Translations under genes and position numbers: made by a program
In this document: positions 17,411-25,536 of the stretch, one piece after another
How the letters are laid out: each line of letters begins with the position of its first letter
How positions within the stretch are numbered: position 1 is the first letter of the stretch
Source: a virus
IMG/VR virus record: IMGVR_UViG_3300050144_000056
Length of the DNA stretch: 38,427 nt
Reading direction: 5' to 3' (one strand)
Notes under the pieces: generated by a model
Told to the model about the DNA's origin: nothing
What the model saw: the letters and a program-made list of their open reading frames with translations, nothing else
The model's database searches: none

Positions 17411-17652
17411 ACAGCCCCCACGTTAAAAATAGAATTCACGTTGCTAAAAATACTCGGCTTTTGCCCCACCGTATAGGTGTACTGCTTGTTCCTGCCGATA
17501 GTCTCCACACTCGCCACAGCCAGCTTACCCTGCCGATACAGGCTACTCAATGCGGCCTGCACCTGTCGCCTGCTCATGCCTGTTTTCTTGACGATGCGCT
17601 CACGGTCTGTAATGCCTGAGAGCATGCAGTTATAGACTATTTCCATTGTCAT
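17407..17652 (-). CDS. Winged-helix DNA-binding protein (putative)
   Basis: 81 aa; the HTH-like segment is ITDRERIVKKTGMSRRQVQAALSSLYRQGKL. Confidence 0.5.
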   Translation of the reverse strand: MTMEIVYNCMLSGITDRERIVKKTGMSRRQVQAALSSLYRQGKLAVASVETIGRNKQYTYTVGQKPSIFSNVNSIFNVGAV

Positions 17653-18104
17653 ACCGTCACCACCTCCGGCGCTTTGCTGCGCATTCTGTTAGTCGCCTTA
17701 GCGATAAATTTCTCATACTCACCACGGCTTACGCTTGTACGCTGTAGGTGATGCCACTCCATTAGCTCTCGGATTGAGTGCTTTTCCCCCTCTGTAATGT
17801 CCCACTTGCCCCATCGGTCATAGCGGTGTTTCAGCTTAATCAGCGAGAACTCAGCCACTTTGCAAGCTTGCATCACTTCAGGGCCTATGCCGTTACGTGC
17901 CATTGTCTCTGCTACTCCCAGCATTGCGCACAGTCCGTAATAGCCATTCAGGTCATCTACTCCTGCTACAAGGGCATCTAGGTAGGCTTGTTCGCCTCTC
18001 TGTAGCTCTGATAGTGGTGCGTCAGGGGTAATACAAGCCCCCTCGATTGCGAGGCTGATAGGATTCATTAGTTGATAGACTTTCCGCTTGCACTGCTTAC
18101 GCAT
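17649..18104 (-). CDS. Hypothetical protein (151 aa)
   Basis: ORF with ATG start, coupled to its neighbours. Confidence 0.5.
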   Translation of the reverse strand: MRKQCKRKVYQLMNPISLAIEGACITPDAPLSELQRGEQAYLDALVAGVDDLNGYYGLCAMLGVAETMARNGIGPEVMQACKVAEFSLIKLKHRYDRWGKWDITEGEKHSIRELMEWHHLQRTSVSRGEYEKFIAKATNRMRSKAPEVVTV

Positions 18105-18405
18105 TCCATAAACCTCGTTTCTTCAATTCTTCCACTGTCTTTAGGTGTGCCTTAGTCCACATTTCCCGCTTCTCTAATGCGCTCATCAAGTGCCCTTGGT
18201 CTAGGGCTGTATGGCATCGGCTGCACAAGGTAGCGCACTTGTCATCGCTCGCCTTGATTCCGCGCCCTTTGCCCTCTGATGCCCAATTGCTATGCGCCCC
18301 GCATTGGCTAGAGTCATCCCTGCCGCAGTTCTGGCACGGTATCGTGCGGTAAGCCTCCATCAGCTTTTTGCTGCGCACGTATTGGAATTTAGGTCGGGCT
18401 GTCAT
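18097..18405 (-). CDS. YbcO/DUF1364-like Cys/His-cluster protein (putative nuclease)
   Basis: The pattern CQNCG...CGAHSNW...GKGRGIKASD...LCSRCHTALDQG resembles the YbcO family as I recall it. Confidence 0.5.
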   Translation of the reverse strand: MTARPKFQYVRSKKLMEAYRTIPCQNCGRDDSSQCGAHSNWASEGKGRGIKASDDKCATLCSRCHTALDQGHLMSALEKREMWTKAHLKTVEELKKRGLWNA

Positions 18406-18641
18406 TTTGCCTTCATAGCCTTACGCTTATCTAAAATCACATGCGCCATTTTGTCTGTTAAATAGCCTTCAAGCATCAATCGTCGAAATACTGTGACAGA
18501 TACACCAAGCGCTTCAGTAGCTTTTGCCTCGGATCCAAGCTCATTGATTACGTTTTTGCAAATGGCTTGAAAAGGCTTTATTTGTAGGTCTGTTAAAACA
18601 GTAATGCGTCTGGTTGTCCGATCTCTTGCCAAGCTACTCAC
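18402..18641 (-). CDS. Small HTH protein (79 aa, putative)
   Basis: GTG start 6 nt after AAGGAG; HTH-like segment SEAKATEALGVSVTVFRRLM. Confidence 0.45.
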   Translation of the reverse strand: MSSLARDRTTRRITVLTDLQIKPFQAICKNVINELGSEAKATEALGVSVTVFRRLMLEGYLTDKMAHVILDKRKAMKAK

Positions 18642-18644
18642 ATT

Positions 18645-19052
18645 TCACTCCTTAAAAACAATCCCATGCTCCGCGCCCCATGCGTGAAGCCACTCTATAA
18701 ACTGACTGCCTTGCTCTTTAGTAAACTTTCGGGTTTGAAAGTCTAGTTGCACAATTCCGTCACCGTCTAGGTTCGGAATGATGCGACCACCAGCCATTTT
18801 GTAATCCTTGCAAAACTTTTGCACTAGCAATCGCTTCCAGTCTTTAGCGTCCCACTTTGCGCCTAGGTGTTGCGCTTGCTTGGCAATCTCACCAATCATT
18901 GCGTGGTATTTTTCGTTTTGTTCTGCCGTTCTTGATTGCTCATTGATTGTCAAAACAAGTCGATGACCAATGTCTAATTTTTCTTTGCATTGCTCCCAAA
19001 TGCTGCATATCAATTGGTGCGCTTGCTTCTTTTCGTTTAGATAAAAAATCAT
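18645..19052 (-). CDS. NinB/Orf-like recombination mediator (putative)
   Basis: 135 aa; RTAEQNEKYHAMIGEIAKQ and overall size resemble lambda NinB family proteins. Confidence 0.55.
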   Translation of the reverse strand: MIFYLNEKKQAHQLICSIWEQCKEKLDIGHRLVLTINEQSRTAEQNEKYHAMIGEIAKQAQHLGAKWDAKDWKRLLVQKFCKDYKMAGGRIIPNLDGDGIVQLDFQTRKFTKEQGSQFIEWLHAWGAEHGIVFKE

Positions 19053-19543
19053 CGCAAAAACTCAGGGCAATAAGTATGATATTTTTTCTTTCCATCTAAA
19101 TAAGCTTGATGCGCTAACTCCGCTGTTTTGTAGTAACCAAGACTGATATTTTTTCCAGAAGCTCTAATTTTTGATTGCCAAAGTTTGCTTTTTTTGTCAA
19201 AGTAAGCGCCCTTTAATCCAGATTGAGCTATAGATTTTTTTGCAACATTTTGAAAATTCTCAGATGCTTTTACGTCGTTTAAATTTTCTAATTTATTGTT
19301 TTGCCTATTTCCGTCAACATGGTCTATGTAAGCAGGAAAACTTCCATGCATATACAGCCATGCGAGCCTATGCATGTAATAAAGACGCCCATCAATGTGC
19401 ATTCTTAAATACCCATTTTTTGAAGGCTTTGCTACTACTATGCCGAGCTTTAAATTTGATACTTTTTTTAGTCTGTAAAAATTTCCTTGCTTTGGGCAAT
19501 AGAAAACAAGCTCTTTAAGTCTTTGCTGAGTTAAATTGTTCAT
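19049..19543 (-). CDS. HNH endonuclease with C-terminal AP2-like DNA-binding domain
   Basis: IDHVDGNRQNNKLENL (HNH_3 type) followed by GAYFDKKSKLWQSKIRASGKNISLGYYKTAELAHQAY (AP2 type). Strongly AT-rich. Confidence 0.8.
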   Translation of the reverse strand: MNNLTQQRLKELVFYCPKQGNFYRLKKVSNLKLGIVVAKPSKNGYLRMHIDGRLYYMHRLAWLYMHGSFPAYIDHVDGNRQNNKLENLNDVKASENFQNVAKKSIAQSGLKGAYFDKKSKLWQSKIRASGKNISLGYYKTAELAHQAYLDGKKKYHTYCPEFLR

Positions 19544-19573
19544 GATGCAATTATATCATGATACGCTCTTACA

Positions 19574-19759
19574 CTACCCGCATAGCGCCTGATTGCAAAG
19601 GTTCTGCACTGTCACCCATGCCTTGCCAATGTCCTGATTCTGGGCAATGTCCCGAATAGCTCTCAGGCTCTCGCGCAGAATCTCGATTTCCTGCTCGCGC
19701 TCCTCTGCCATGCGCTTGATGGTGTTTAGTGCGTCTTCGCTTACGTTGATGGTTTTCAT
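19574..19759 (-). CDS. Hypothetical protein (61 aa)
   Basis: ATGA-coupled to the upstream gene. Confidence 0.45.
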   Translation of the reverse strand: MKTINVSEDALNTIKRMAEEREQEIEILRESLRAIRDIAQNQDIGKAWVTVQNLCNQALCG

Positions 19760-20064
19760 GATTGGCCTTCTGCTTTTGCAATTGCTGCGATACCTGCCTG
19801 AAATGCTGCGCGCTGGTCATCGTGGATAAGGTCGGCCAGATCAAGCGAATGCGTAAGTGCTTTCAAAGCCTCCAAAAGCTCAGGCGCTGCGGCTATTAGT
19901 CGGGCGTCTGCTTCTTTTTTCACAGCTCCGTAGTGGTCACCATCAAATTCGTCGCCAACATAATGATTGCACAAAATTTCTTCGCCGTTGCTTGCGGTCA
20001 ACTCAAATAGATTGCAGCAAGGTTTGTATTTTGTAATCCAAGGTGCTTGTGTGTGTTTGCTCAT
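19756..20064 (-). CDS. Hypothetical protein (102 aa)
   Basis: Trimmed to the ATG at 20064 (MSKHTQAPW...), preceded by the conserved leader. Contains ARLIAAAPELLEALKAL, a motif common in phage early proteins. Confidence 0.55.
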   Translation of the reverse strand: MSKHTQAPWITKYKPCCNLFELTASNGEEILCNHYVGDEFDGDHYGAVKKEADARLIAAAPELLEALKALTHSLDLADLIHDDQRAAFQAGIAAIAKAEGQS

Positions 20065-20091
20065 TTCTCTCTCCGTGTTGTTGATAGCTGA

Positions 20092-20135
20092 ATTGTCTAG
20101 CACTTTTTCACGCTTGCGAATTAGGGGAAACCCTA
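20092..20135 (-). promoter_or_regulatory. Operator palindrome plus promoter
   Basis: TAGGGGAAACCCTA at 20122..20135; -35 TTCGCA (20115..20120); 17-nt spacer; -10 GACAAT (20092..20097). Confidence 0.6.
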
Positions 20136-20405
20136 GGTTTGTAAAATTTTTAGCGCCCTGAGTGCAGATTCCACGCTATCCACCATGCAAACAGGTAGCC
20201 CTTGCGCTTCCTCGGCTTGTTTTGCGTTCATTCCCTTGCGCCCGTAGCCTGTTTTTGGGTTTTTCACTTCCATGTAGCAGGTTCTCTCGCCTATCCACAC
20301 TTGCAGGTCATAGGGCTGGTGCACGATCTTGACCCGTGCGCCTGCTTTTCGTAGGGCCTGGACAACTTCGGCTTGATTTCCATCAACCCTGCGTGCGTAT
20401 CGCAT
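20133..20405 (-). CDS. VRR-NUC / PD-(D/E)XK-type nuclease (putative)
   Basis: 90 aa; VDGNQAEVVQALRKAG...YDLQVW...MEVK...NAKQ matches the D...E-x-K pattern of small phage VRR-NUC proteins. Confidence 0.55.
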   Translation of the reverse strand: MRYARRVDGNQAEVVQALRKAGARVKIVHQPYDLQVWIGERTCYMEVKNPKTGYGRKGMNAKQAEEAQGLPVCMVDSVESALRALKILQT

Positions 20406-20556
20406 TAAGCCTCTCCCTCACGCCCTTGATTAGCTCCAGCTCTGGAAATATCGTCTCGTAGTTCTTGAGTGCCCATCGCGCATAGTCCTCGTCAATCTTT
20501 TTTAGGCTCAGAATGTGGTCGATCAGCCGGTTTCGGAGTGTTGCTAGGGGGTGCAT
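20383..20556 (-). CDS. Hypothetical small protein (57 aa)
   Basis: Hand-translated as MHPLATLRNRLIDHILSLKK...; GGAG lies 6 nt upstream; below the ORF-track size cutoff. Confidence 0.35.
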   Translation of the reverse strand: MHPLATLRNRLIDHILSLKKIDEDYARWALKNYETIFPELELIKGVRERLNAIRTQG

Positions 20557-20643
20557 TTTTGCTCCATTTAATCAACTCCCATGCTTTGCTGAATGCTTCG
20601 TGGTCTGTTGGCCTTGGGGTTGAGCCCTTTCCTCCGTCGCTGG

Positions 20644-20811
20644 TCATAGTTCCTCCCAAAATTTCCATGTCCCAAATTCAATCTTCCAAAGGATGGAGAA
20701 CATAAAGACAACAGCCAAAGCGCCCAACAGCATGCCGAGATAGGTATAACCGTTAGCTCGAAAACCTAGCCAAATAGGCCAATAGATAAGCGTTGCCAGT
20801 GTGTATCTCAT
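20644..20811 (-). CDS. Small membrane protein (55 aa)
   Basis: Hand-translated as MRYTLATLIYWPIWLGF...LGMLLGALAVVFMFSILW...; AAGGAG RBS present. Confidence 0.45.
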   Translation of the reverse strand: MRYTLATLIYWPIWLGFRANGYTYLGMLLGALAVVFMFSILWKIEFGTWKFWEEL

Positions 20812-20942
20812 GTCTGCTCCTTTGCGCGTGCTGCGTCTCTAGGCAGTTTGATGATGTAGGTCATGTCAAATCCAATCCAATGAACAGAACTGAACCGAGC
20901 GAGGGCCATAGGGCCATGGGTTCGGCGTGTATGTGTAGCGCT

Positions 20943-21428
20943 TCATTTCGCCTCCGGTGGAGTTGGCAGGGTGCCTCCGTAGGTGCCCGCATATCTCCCG
21001 AGGTCGATAGTCCTTGGTTTAGGCTCCGCTTGCTTGGGTGCTGCGTTGTAGGTGTAGTTTTTTGTGAATAGCTCATGCTTTCCGACTGGAAGGCTGAGGT
21101 AATCAATAGTCCAATCTCTCTCGCGGACTATTATCTTTAGCGCTGCATTGGTTGGCGGCTCTTGCGCTTGCTCGGAAGCATCACGCACCGTCACAAAAAG
21201 TGAATTCACTAGGCTTGCGAGTTGCTCTGGCTCCAGCACATTGATGCCATTTGAATCACACCAACTGATGGCCGCATCCAGCATATCGTCTTCCAGCTCC
21301 ACCGGCTCTTGCGCTTGCTTGATGGCGGTGATGGCTGGACCGGCAATGGCTCCTGCTTGGTCGCCAAGTAGCCACAACTTTTCCAGCGCCTCCAGCGCAA
21401 GTGCTAGGGCTTCGTCTTTGGTGGTCAT
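20943..21428 (-). CDS. Hypothetical protein (161 aa)
   Basis: ATGA-coupled to the upstream gene. Confidence 0.55.
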   Translation of the reverse strand: MTTKDEALALALEALEKLWLLGDQAGAIAGPAITAIKQAQEPVELEDDMLDAAISWCDSNGINVLEPEQLASLVNSLFVTVRDASEQAQEPPTNAALKIIVRERDWTIDYLSLPVGKHELFTKNYTYNAAPKQAEPKPRTIDLGRYAGTYGGTLPTPPEAK

Positions 21429-21736
21429 TCCAATCCTTTCAGCGCAGATTGAATGCGCGTCAATCGTTCTTTGAGCTTTGTGTTTTCTTCGGCCAAAGCG
21501 TGATTTGCACGGCGCAATACTTCGGCATCAGTCGGGGTGCAGCCGGTAGGAATCGCTGCCAACAGTGCGCGGGAGTTTGTAGGTAAGCCTCGGCGCTTGA
21601 GAGCTTTACGGACTGCGCCATGAGACACGCCAAAGAAGTCTCCAACCTCGTCCAACGTCTTTCCCGTGAGCAGCATTCGGGTGTATTGCTCAACGTCACC
21701 AGTGCTGCGATTTCCTCGCTGTGGTGTGGTGGTCAT
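21425..21736 (-). CDS. HTH DNA-binding protein (putative)
   Basis: Trimmed to the ATG at 21736 (ATGA coupling); HTH-like segment TLDEVGDFFGVSHGAVRKALKRRG. Confidence 0.5.
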   Translation of the reverse strand: MTTTPQRGNRSTGDVEQYTRMLLTGKTLDEVGDFFGVSHGAVRKALKRRGLPTNSRALLAAIPTGCTPTDAEVLRRANHALAEENTKLKERLTRIQSALKGLE

Positions 21737-22008
21737 AGTGTTTCCTTCAGTTTGCGGATGGCGTCTGCTGCGCCACAGGTTCCATCTGCGAAGCCATCTG
21801 TCCATTCGTGCCCAGACCTCTTTTCGTCAGGCCAAAGGCGCTCGGAAAGGTTTGCAGCTTCCTCCAGCAAGTCGATCAGGGCTTGCTTGTCGTAGAGTGG
21901 GTGTGTTTTGTGGTGTGCATCAACTCGATGTGCTTTTCCTGCATCCGCTGTAGCGTGCCACCCTGTCGGCGTTTCGTATCTCCAAGCTACCGGCTCAGGC
22001 ATCTTCAT
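21733..22008 (-). CDS. Hypothetical protein (91 aa)
   Basis: ORF with ATG start in the operon chain. Confidence 0.5.
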   Translation of the reverse strand: MKMPEPVAWRYETPTGWHATADAGKAHRVDAHHKTHPLYDKQALIDLLEEAANLSERLWPDEKRSGHEWTDGFADGTCGAADAIRKLKETL

Positions 22009-22291
22009 GCTGGCCTCCCTTCACATATGGGTAAACGGCAAACCAAGGGCAGAAATAGTCGATGTCCAGCCAGCCTGCATATCGCGCTGGACGTTTTATA
22101 TACGTGAAAAATCCTCGCCGTTTTTTGTATCGAATGGCGTTGTCTTTTCGGAACTTGCCAACAATACGGTCACCCGCAAGAGTAAATTCAACCGTTATGT
22201 GATGCCCGTTATGCTGTTGGGTTACGGTTCCAACAACACGCCGTCCCCACTTTCCATCGTGACAAACAAAAACCTTCTTCCCTACTTTCAT
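21995..22291 (-). CDS. Hypothetical protein (98 aa)
   Basis: ATGA-coupled to the upstream gene. Confidence 0.5.
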   Translation of the reverse strand: MKVGKKVFVCHDGKWGRRVVGTVTQQHNGHHITVEFTLAGDRIVGKFRKDNAIRYKKRRGFFTYIKRPARYAGWLDIDYFCPWFAVYPYVKGGQHEDA

Positions 22292-22656
22292 TTCTGGCCT
22301 CCCTTGGCTGCGTCGATGGCGATGCGTAAGTTTGCAAAAGGGCCATCAATAGTCCAGCGATTACCTTCGTGCAGGTCTTGAAACCCATACGCTTCACATT
22401 GCGAATCAAGCCAATCCAGCCGCTCCGCATCGGCTTCCAGAGTCGCCAGCTTTGCAGCAAGGGCATCGCGCTCGGCTTGCAATGCGGACTTGTTCGCTAC
22501 AACCGCGCAATAGTGTTCAGTGTTTCGCTCAATCGTGGCCTTCAGCCGCTCGTTCTCTGCTTGCAGCGTTTGAATGGCTGCAACAACTTCTTGTGTAGAC
22601 ACATCAGCGTTATCGTGAAATTGATTTGTCTGCTTCAGTCGTTCAATCAGTGTCAT
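22288..22656 (-). CDS. Coiled-coil hypothetical protein (122 aa)
   Basis: Trimmed to the ATG at 22656 (ATGA coupling). A coiled coil is followed by RLDWLDSQ. Confidence 0.5.
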   Translation of the reverse strand: MTLIERLKQTNQFHDNADVSTQEVVAAIQTLQAENERLKATIERNTEHYCAVVANKSALQAERDALAAKLATLEADAERLDWLDSQCEAYGFQDLHEGNRWTIDGPFANLRIAIDAAKGGQK

Positions 22657-22925
22657 TTCTGCTCCTTGCGTGTGAATAGCTCTTTCCATGTGCGCTTGTG
22701 AGCATCCATCCAAGAGCCAGCGCCTTTATTCGCGCCAAGTGGGAATGCGTTTCCAAAGTCATCCAGCCACGCCACAGGCTTCTCCGCGAGCTGGCTTGCT
22801 GCTCCCTGAGCGTAGGCTTGGCGCATCGCTTTGAAAATCCGCTCCGTTGATATGGGAGGATTCTTGGTTGTGATGCCATTCGCTTCGTTGTAGATGCGTG
22901 TGCATTCATCGTCAGTCAGTAACAT
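22653..22925 (-). CDS. Hypothetical protein (90 aa)
   Basis: ATG at 22925, 6 nt after AGGAGG. Confidence 0.55.
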   Translation of the reverse strand: MLLTDDECTRIYNEANGITTKNPPISTERIFKAMRQAYAQGAASQLAEKPVAWLDDFGNAFPLGANKGAGSWMDAHKRTWKELFTRKEQK

Positions 22926-22954
22926 TCTCACCTCCTAAAAGTCTACCTATAAGC

Positions 22955-23149
22955 CTAGACAGTCCGTAAACCGCTAGGGATAGGCCAATTATCGTTAGTG
23001 CGTTCATTTTGTGAATTAGGGTTTACCCTAGCTAGTTCGTTTTCGCTCAGGTCTCCGGTCAGGAATAGCGCTTGATTGACTATGTGAGCGGGTAGGTCTG
23101 CACCTGCTTTACGTTGGTCTAGTAGGTTATGGGCTTCTGGGTGGTTCAT
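22955..23149 (-). CDS. Possible small ORF (MNHPEAHNLLDQRKAG...)
   Basis: ATG start. The N-terminal 9 codons recur at 16708..16734. The 3' part runs through the operator/promoter, so the real extent is uncertain. Confidence 0.3.
   Translation of the reverse strand: MNHPEAHNLLDQRKAGADLPAHIVNQALFLTGDLSENELARVNPNSQNERTNDNWPIPSGLRTV
22988..23030 (-). promoter_or_regulatory. Operator palindrome plus promoter
   Basis: TAGGGTTTACCCTA at 23017..23030; -35 TTCACA (23010..23015); 16-nt spacer; -10 GATAAT (22988..22993). Confidence 0.6.
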
Positions 23150-23420
23150 GCTTATTCAATTTAATTAATAAATCTCGTTGCTGCACATAAAGCCTTTCAA
23201 CAGCTTCCGACATTGCCACATAAAATTCATCGCAAATTCGCTCTGCTGAGTCACAGATTGCAACATCTCCAGCGCGGTCAACAAACCGCATTGCAATGTT
23301 TCCTAGCTCTGCTTCTTTTTTTAATAAGTCCCTCTCTAGGCGTAAAGCAGCATAAGCGGCAACCCATTGCACATTAGCGTCTAACAGTGCATCAAATGCA
23401 ATCTTTTCTTTTTTGTTCAT
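23127..23420 (-). CDS. Hypothetical protein (97 aa)
   Basis: ORF with ATG start. Confidence 0.5.
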   Translation of the reverse strand: MNKKEKIAFDALLDANVQWVAAYAALRLERDLLKKEAELGNIAMRFVDRAGDVAICDSAERICDEFYVAMSEAVERLYVQQRDLLIKLNKHEPPRSP

Positions 23421-23425
23421 GGCGT

Positions 23426-24046
23426 TTACTTACTTCCGCTGCCGTTGCAATCTGGACACTCCTGAACTCCACCTGCAAACTGCCCGCCAATCTCGCCTTC
23501 GCCCTTGCAGCACTCACATGTGCCATCCGGCAACGCGCTTGCCTTATGCTTGTTCAAAAATGCTTTGATGCGCTCATGCTCTAACTGCGCCAGTTTATAT
23601 TTACCACAATATTTGATGTCATCTACCGTTGCAGAGTAGTTAAGTAAAAAACCGTGCTCGACTTCAAATTCTTGATTGCTTACCAATGAATGAAGATACT
23701 TTGCAGATTCAATTTGAAGCAACCTATTCGGGGTTGGACTTCCATCTTCATATTTTGAAGTACTACCAAATGCGGCAACATTTAAAAGAACAGTTACAGC
23801 CGTCAATATTTTTTCATAGTTATATTGCTTGTTAAAAAATATCGCATCACCGCACTCTTTACAACGAGGTAATGCTTCTCCAGAAATAAATTCAACTTGC
23901 TCTTGCTGTAATTTCTTGATCGCCAAAATAGCCAAGATAGCTTTATTTGGCTCAATGCAATCTCGATGTTGCCCCATTTGGTTTAACAGCACTACAGCGC
24001 CTTTTAAAGCCGTAAACGCGAGTTCTAATACTTCATCTTTTGTCAT
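23426..24046 (-). CDS. Protein with C-terminal DnaJ-type zinc-finger motifs (206 aa)
   Basis: Two CxxCxGxG motifs, CECCKGEG and CPDCNGSG, at the C-terminus; the central part is AT-rich. Confidence 0.6.
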   Translation of the reverse strand: MTKDEVLELAFTALKGAVVLLNQMGQHRDCIEPNKAILAILAIKKLQQEQVEFISGEALPRCKECGDAIFFNKQYNYEKILTAVTVLLNVAAFGSTSKYEDGSPTPNRLLQIESAKYLHSLVSNQEFEVEHGFLLNYSATVDDIKYCGKYKLAQLEHERIKAFLNKHKASALPDGTCECCKGEGEIGGQFAGGVQECPDCNGSGSK

Positions 24047-24065
24047 CTCTCACTCCTAAAACTTC

Positions 24066-24109
24066 ACTGTACTTTTAACGGACTGCTTTGGGTATTGGGG
24101 TTTACCCTT
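24066..24109 (-). promoter_or_regulatory. Degenerate operator plus promoter
   Basis: TGGGGTTTACCCTT at 24096..24109; -35 position TACCCA (24089..24094); 17-nt spacer; -10 TACAGT (24066..24071). Confidence 0.5.
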
Positions 24110-24488
24110 GTCCAAACGATCTACGCAACGCTTGCAGCTTCTGCATGGCTTCGGCCTTGTCTCGCGCTACCTTTTGTTTTTCAGCCTCTGTAAGCTGTTT
24201 TTCAATCATGATGACAGGTGCGCGTTTAATAGGAGGCCCACCAAGGCACAAATCACGAAAGGCAATGCTAGAGGGTGGGAAGTTAGCGTTCATGCGCTTG
24301 AGGGCGTAATCCATGCTTTCCTTGCTTGTCAGATAAACGCCAATGTCATCCTTCCATACATCGCGGACAAGCTCAGGAGCTATGCCATCCCAATGACGCA
24401 TAAATGCTGCGCCGTAGGTAGCCCCCATGCGTCCAAAGATGTAGTCCAAGCCTTCATCCATCGTGCAATCAGCCAAGAAGTTTGACAT
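24102..24488 (-). CDS. Hypothetical protein downstream of the replication gene (128 aa)
   Basis: ATG at 24488, 6 nt after GGAGG. Its position suggests a replication accessory or loader role (inference only). Confidence 0.5.
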   Translation of the reverse strand: MSNFLADCTMDEGLDYIFGRMGATYGAAFMRHWDGIAPELVRDVWKDDIGVYLTSKESMDYALKRMNANFPPSSIAFRDLCLGGPPIKRAPVIMIEKQLTEAEKQKVARDKAEAMQKLQALRRSFGQG

Positions 24489-25113
24489 TTGAGCCTCCAA
24501 TCAATCCACGGGTTAAACCAGACAACACATTCTCATTGCGGCTTGGCTGGATAACGGACTTGTCTGCCACCCATTCAGCCTTAAACCCTCGCCAGCCTCT
24601 AGCGCAACACTCCCTCAGTGCGTCCTCTAGCGGCCAGCCAGCTTTGTCAGCTTCGCGCTTTATGCCATCAATGGCAGACTGCGTTATCGCTGCCCGCATG
24701 GTCTTGCGTGATTTTTTGAAGTCTTGCCAAACTTGAGTGGATACGCCTTCAGGCGCGTCTGTCTCTTTCTCTTTCTCTTTCTTTGTCTCTCTCTCTGTCT
24801 CTGTCTCTACACTATCAACTTGATATCGCTCTGATATCACGCTGATATCATCTTGTATCAGCCAGTTTTGCAGTGCATTACAGCTACTGATTACGTCTTT
24901 TTCAGGCATGCGAAGCCTGAAAGACAGATTCTTGATTGATGGCAGTTCTCCATCGTTTTCAGATGCGATAAGCCATAACATTACAAGCACTTTGGCAGAC
25001 TTTGCATCTAGCTCATGCCAATCCATGTCATCCAAAATATCGCGGTACAGCTTAATCCATGGCGGCTTACGATCTTTGAAGTGCTGATGTTTAGTCCAAT
25101 TTTTGATCTTCAT
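24469..25113 (-). CDS. Replication initiator-like protein with a DnaT-like C-terminal domain (putative)
   Basis: Trimmed to the ATG at 25113 (MKIKNWTKHQHFKDRKPPWIKLYRDILDD...). Acidic linker ETETERETKKEKEKE. C-terminus VWQDFKKSRK...GWRGFKAEW. Iterons lie inside the gene. Confidence 0.55.
   Translation of the reverse strand: MKIKNWTKHQHFKDRKPPWIKLYRDILDDMDWHELDAKSAKVLVMLWLIASENDGELPSIKNLSFRLRMPEKDVISSCNALQNWLIQDDISVISERYQVDSVETETERETKKEKEKETDAPEGVSTQVWQDFKKSRKTMRAAITQSAIDGIKREADKAGWPLEDALRECCARGWRGFKAEWVADKSVIQPSRNENVLSGLTRGLIGGSNVKLLG
24821..24860. repeat. Four iterons at exact 11-bp phasing (candidate origin)
   Basis: TGATATC at 24821, 24832 and 24843; TGTATCA at 24854; adjacent to a ~50-nt C/T-rich tract (24757..24809). 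Confidence 0.6.
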
Positions 25114-25445
25114 TTTTGAGACCTCCTCTTGTTTTTGTGGTGCGTATTGAAAATTGGCTTTAATCTTCTGATTAGCCTTATTTCTCGCATAGCCCAATCA
25201 CCAAGCCTCAAAGAACCGCTTGCTTTTATTGTTATACGTGTGTCGCTTGGCACTTCTTGCCATGGTGTGATGATTGATTTTCCATAGGAATACCTAAAAG
25301 CATGCCCACCAAATCTATTAGATAGGCTTGTTGTCTGTCCAACATAAACAAGGTCACCATCAAAATAGATTGCATAGACGCATGGAGCGTCAGGAAACAC
25401 TTTATCTTTACTTGGATAAAGCTGATAGTCTTTCCACCTAGACAT
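25110..25445 (-). CDS. GIY-YIG nuclease domain protein (homing-endonuclease-like)
   Basis: CVYAIYFDGDLVYVGQTTSLSNRFGGH matches GIY-(10-11)-YVG. AT-rich. ATGA-coupled to the replication gene. Confidence 0.7.
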   Translation of the reverse strand: MSRWKDYQLYPSKDKVFPDAPCVYAIYFDGDLVYVGQTTSLSNRFGGHAFRYSYGKSIITPWQEVPSDTRITIKASGSLRLGDWAMREIRLIRRLKPIFNTHHKNKRRSQK

Positions 25446-25455
25446 AAAACCCCAT

Positions 25456-25536
25456 AAAAAAAGGGCTACACCTGAAGTCTCATTCTTTCGAATGTTGGCG
25501 GACCGGTACAGTTCCGGCAGACTTCATGTGTAACCC
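25456..25536 (-). terminator. Branched hairpin with an 18-bp outer stem followed by T7
   Basis: Minus strand: GGGTTACACATGAAGTCT pairs with AGACTTCAGGTGTAGCCC (1 mismatch, 1 G-U). An inner CATTC-GAAA-GAATG hairpin is present. TTTTTTT follows, then the GIY-YIG ATG 10 nt later. Confidence 0.6.

Noticed and set aside
20469-20705. 78-aa plus-strand ORF
   Set aside because: It is antisense to small minus-strand ORFs that have good RBSs and fit the operon direction.
24821-24860. CRISPR-like short repeat array
   Set aside because: The repeats are 7-nt cores at 11-bp spacing inside a CDS, with no spacers of CRISPR size. They are interpreted as iterons.
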